Of a DNA stretch of 64,000 bases, positions 61,670 to 64,000 are shown piece by piece; the stretch's first letter is position 1, and each line of letters opens with the position of its first letter. Both the position numbers and the translations under genes were made by a program. Location: contig OZ244042.1 of assembly GCA_965215015.1 (NCBI GenBank), positions 3,200,001 to 3,264,000 of the forward strand. Reading direction: 5' to 3'. A model generated the notes under the pieces. The model was not told the origin of the DNA, did not search any database, and saw only the letters and a program-made list of their open reading frames with translations. This stretch comes from Candidatus Poribacteria bacterium (GTDB lineage: Bacteria; Poribacteria; WGA-4E; PCPOR2b).

Positions 61670-63703
61670 CTAGTCCACTGCTTGAAGGTGTGCCTCAATT
61701 AAGGCTTTGAGAATTTCATCCCCATTCTGTTGTGCAAGTTTCAAGGCGGTTCTGAGGTCTTGCTTCCCCTCCCAAAGACGTTCCAGCATCATCTTCGCAC
61801 GTCCTCGGTCGTAGTAAGCCCTGGCAAAATCAAGTTTGAGATGGATTGCGATGTCATAATCGGCGATGACAGCGGAATATTGCTCTAAGTGCCACTTCGC
61901 ATTTCCCCGGCCGTAGTAAGCCTCGGCATCATCGGGTTTGAGACGGATAGCCTCGTCATAATCGGCGATAGCGGTGGAATCTTGCCCTAAGTGCCACTTC
62001 GCATTTCCCCGACTGACGTAAGCCCTGGCAAAATCAAGTTCGAGATGGATTGCGATGTCATAATCAGCGATAGCGGCGGAATATTGCCTTAAGTCTGCTT
62101 TTGCATCTCCCCGACTGACGTAAGCATAGGCATCATCAGGTTTGAGACGGATAGCCTCGTCATAATCAGCGATAGCGGCGAAATGTTGTCCTAAGTTTGC
62201 TTTTGCCCTTCCCCGAAAGTAGTAAGCATAGGCATCATCAGGTTTGAGACGGATAACCATGTCATAATCGGCGATGGCGGCGGAATGTTGTCCTAAGTTT
62301 GCTTTTGCCCTTCCCCGATTGGCGTAAGCATAGGCATCATCAGGTTTGAGACGGATAGCCTCGTCATAATCGGCGATGGCGGCGAAATGTTGTCCTAAAT
62401 TCCTCTTCGCATTTCCCCGAAAGTAGTAAGCATCGGCAAAATCGGGCTTGAGACGGATAACCATGTCATAATCGGCGATGGCGGCGGCATATTGTCCTAA
62501 GTGCCACTTCGCATTTCCCCGATTGGCGTAAGCATAGGCATCATCAGGTTTGAGACGGATAGCCTCGTCATAATCAGCGATAGCGGCGGAATGTTGCCCT
62601 AAGTTTGCTTTTGCCCTTCCCCGAAAGTAGTAAGCATCGGCATCATCGGGTTTGAGACGGATAGCCTCGTCATAATCGGCGATGGCGGCGAAATGTTGTC
62701 CTAAATTCCTCTTCGCATTTCCCCGAAAGTAGTAAGCATCGGCAAAATCGGGCTTGAGACGGATAACCATGTCATAATCGGCGATGGCGGCGGAATGTTG
62801 CCCTAAGTTTGCTTTTGCCCTTCCCCGAAAGTAGTAAGCATCGGCATCATCAGGTTTGAGACGGATAGCCTCGTCATAATCAGCGATAGCGGCGAAATGT
62901 TGTCCTAAGTTTGCTTTTGCCCTTCCCCGAAAGTAGTAAGCATCGGCATCATCAGGTTTGAGACGGATAGCCTCGTCATAATCAGCGATAGCGGCGAAAT
63001 GTTGTCCTAAGTTTGCTTTTGCCCTTCCCCGATTGGCGTAAGCATAGGCATCATCTGGGTTGAGGCGGATAGCCGTGTCATAATCAGAGATGGCAGCGGC
63101 ATATTGCCCTAAGTTTGCTTTTGCCCTTCCCCGGCTGTAGTAAGCATAGGCATGATCGGGTTCGAGGCGGATAGCCGTGTCATAATCAGAGATGGCAGCG
63201 GCATATTGCCCTAAGTTTGCTTTTGCCCTTCCCCGGCTGTAGTAAGCATAGGCATGATCGGGTTCGAGGCGGATAGCCGTGTCATAATCAGAGATGGCAG
63301 CGGCATATTGCCGTAATTCCTCTTTCGCCAATCCCCGAAGGACGTAAGCCTCGGCAAAATCGGGTTCGAGGCAGATAGCCGTGTCATAATCAGAGATGGC
63401 GGCGGCATATTGCCCTAAAACCACCTTCACAATTCCCCGGCTGTAGTAAGTATGGACATAATCGGGTTTTAGACGGATAGCCGTGTCATAATCGGTGATA
63501 GCGGCGGCATATTGCCCTAAGTCTACTTTTGCCCTTCCCCGATTGGCGTAAGCCTCGACATAATCTGGGTTGAGGCGGATAGCCTGCATATAGTCCGCAA
63601 TCGCCCCCTGATAGTCCCCCAACCTTGATTTGTCATTACCTCGAAGGAGGTAAGTATCAGCAGATATGGATTGACTCTGTTGCAAAAGCTGTAATCCCTT
63701 CAA
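61670..63703 (-). CDS. TPR-repeat protein, 19 34-aa repeats
   Basis: Open 677-codon frame of TPR repeats; TTG start lacks a clear SD and overlaps the upstream protease fragment. Confidence 0.85.
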   Translation of the reverse strand: MKGLQLLQQSQSISADTYLLRGNDKSRLGDYQGAIADYMQAIRLNPDYVEAYANRGRAKVDLGQYAAAITDYDTAIRLKPDYVHTYYSRGIVKVVLGQYAAAISDYDTAICLEPDFAEAYVLRGLAKEELRQYAAAISDYDTAIRLEPDHAYAYYSRGRAKANLGQYAAAISDYDTAIRLEPDHAYAYYSRGRAKANLGQYAAAISDYDTAIRLNPDDAYAYANRGRAKANLGQHFAAIADYDEAIRLKPDDADAYYFRGRAKANLGQHFAAIADYDEAIRLKPDDADAYYFRGRAKANLGQHSAAIADYDMVIRLKPDFADAYYFRGNAKRNLGQHFAAIADYDEAIRLKPDDADAYYFRGRAKANLGQHSAAIADYDEAIRLKPDDAYAYANRGNAKWHLGQYAAAIADYDMVIRLKPDFADAYYFRGNAKRNLGQHFAAIADYDEAIRLKPDDAYAYANRGRAKANLGQHSAAIADYDMVIRLKPDDAYAYYFRGRAKANLGQHFAAIADYDEAIRLKPDDAYAYVSRGDAKADLRQYSAAIADYDIAIHLELDFARAYVSRGNAKWHLGQDSTAIADYDEAIRLKPDDAEAYYGRGNAKWHLEQYSAVIADYDIAIHLKLDFARAYYDRGRAKMMLERLWEGKQDLRTALKLAQQNGDEILKALIEAHLQAVD

Positions 63704-63983
63704 TGGTGTATGTCATGTTCTGACCCGCCAGTTTTGCGGTGCCTTGTGCTGCACCTTCGATGACGTGGTAGTTGGTAGCGATCAGGTGCTGCCGGACAAA
63801 AAAGCCGCTGCCCCGTCCGAGTCGTATACCGTTTCTATCCTGTATCTCTAAAGATACGGTAGCCGCTAATGCCTTTTCTGCAATCTGTGGTACGGTTTGC
63901 GCGTTGCTTGTGGGGCATTGTAGCAGTGCGATCATAAGTGTAACTAGATGCAGCTGCTCTAACAATTTTTTCTTATGTTTCAT
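63657..63983 (-). pseudogene. Signal peptide plus truncated trypsin-like domain (cassette 2)
   Basis: AAGGGGAG SD; same truncation and same out-of-frame junction as cassette 1. Confidence 0.8.
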
Positions 63984-64000
63984 CGGATCTCCCCTTCGTA

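Larger units (their letters stand above)
58786..64000. repeat. Tandem duplicated cassettes (unit 1 about 58786-61093, unit 2 61515-64000+), each starting with the ileS 3' end
   Basis: TGGTGTGGAGCAGGTGATTTAAGGCATCATCTTGAAC plus about 120 bp recurs at 58786 and 61515; homology resumes in gene ends and leaders up to the window edge. Confidence 0.9.

Noticed and set aside
58938-63703. TALE-like DNA-binding repeats
   Set aside because: Despite the 34-aa period and a variable di-residue, the consensus (Y4, G8, G15, A20, Y24, A27, P32) is TPR, not TALE.

Overview
Bacterial chromosomal window, most likely from Candidatus Poribacteria or a relative. This is an inference from a LamG protein ending in the AV..GKLATTWGEIK motif, a PhyH dioxygenase, trypsin-TPR fusions and dense intergenic repeats. 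Housekeeping and metabolic genes (cspA, nadA, rimI, purB, hslVU, crcB, eno, map, mqnB, miaB, nadE, ileS) alternate with catabolic enzymes and secreted proteases. Many small mobile elements and relics are present: a decayed ISAs1, an intact IS4-like element, nested MITE/REP elements and a tnpB 3'-end/omegaRNA relic. Four features stand out. (1) A tandem array of TPR cassettes is anchored on a duplicated ileS 3' end; its 34-aa repeats vary mainly at ligand-groove positions, with a codon pattern (NNY/NNG, third base fixed) reminiscent of adenine-directed diversification, plus combinatorial sub-repeat shuffling. (2) An unannotated 43-codon Ile-rich leader peptide with terminator and antiterminator sits upstream of ileS. 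(3) That IleRS is type 2 and carries a GVHH signature. (4) The NAD synthetase is eukaryote-like (NADSYN1/QNS1 type). No rRNA, tRNA or CRISPR array was recognised. All calls are from manual reading; no searches were run.
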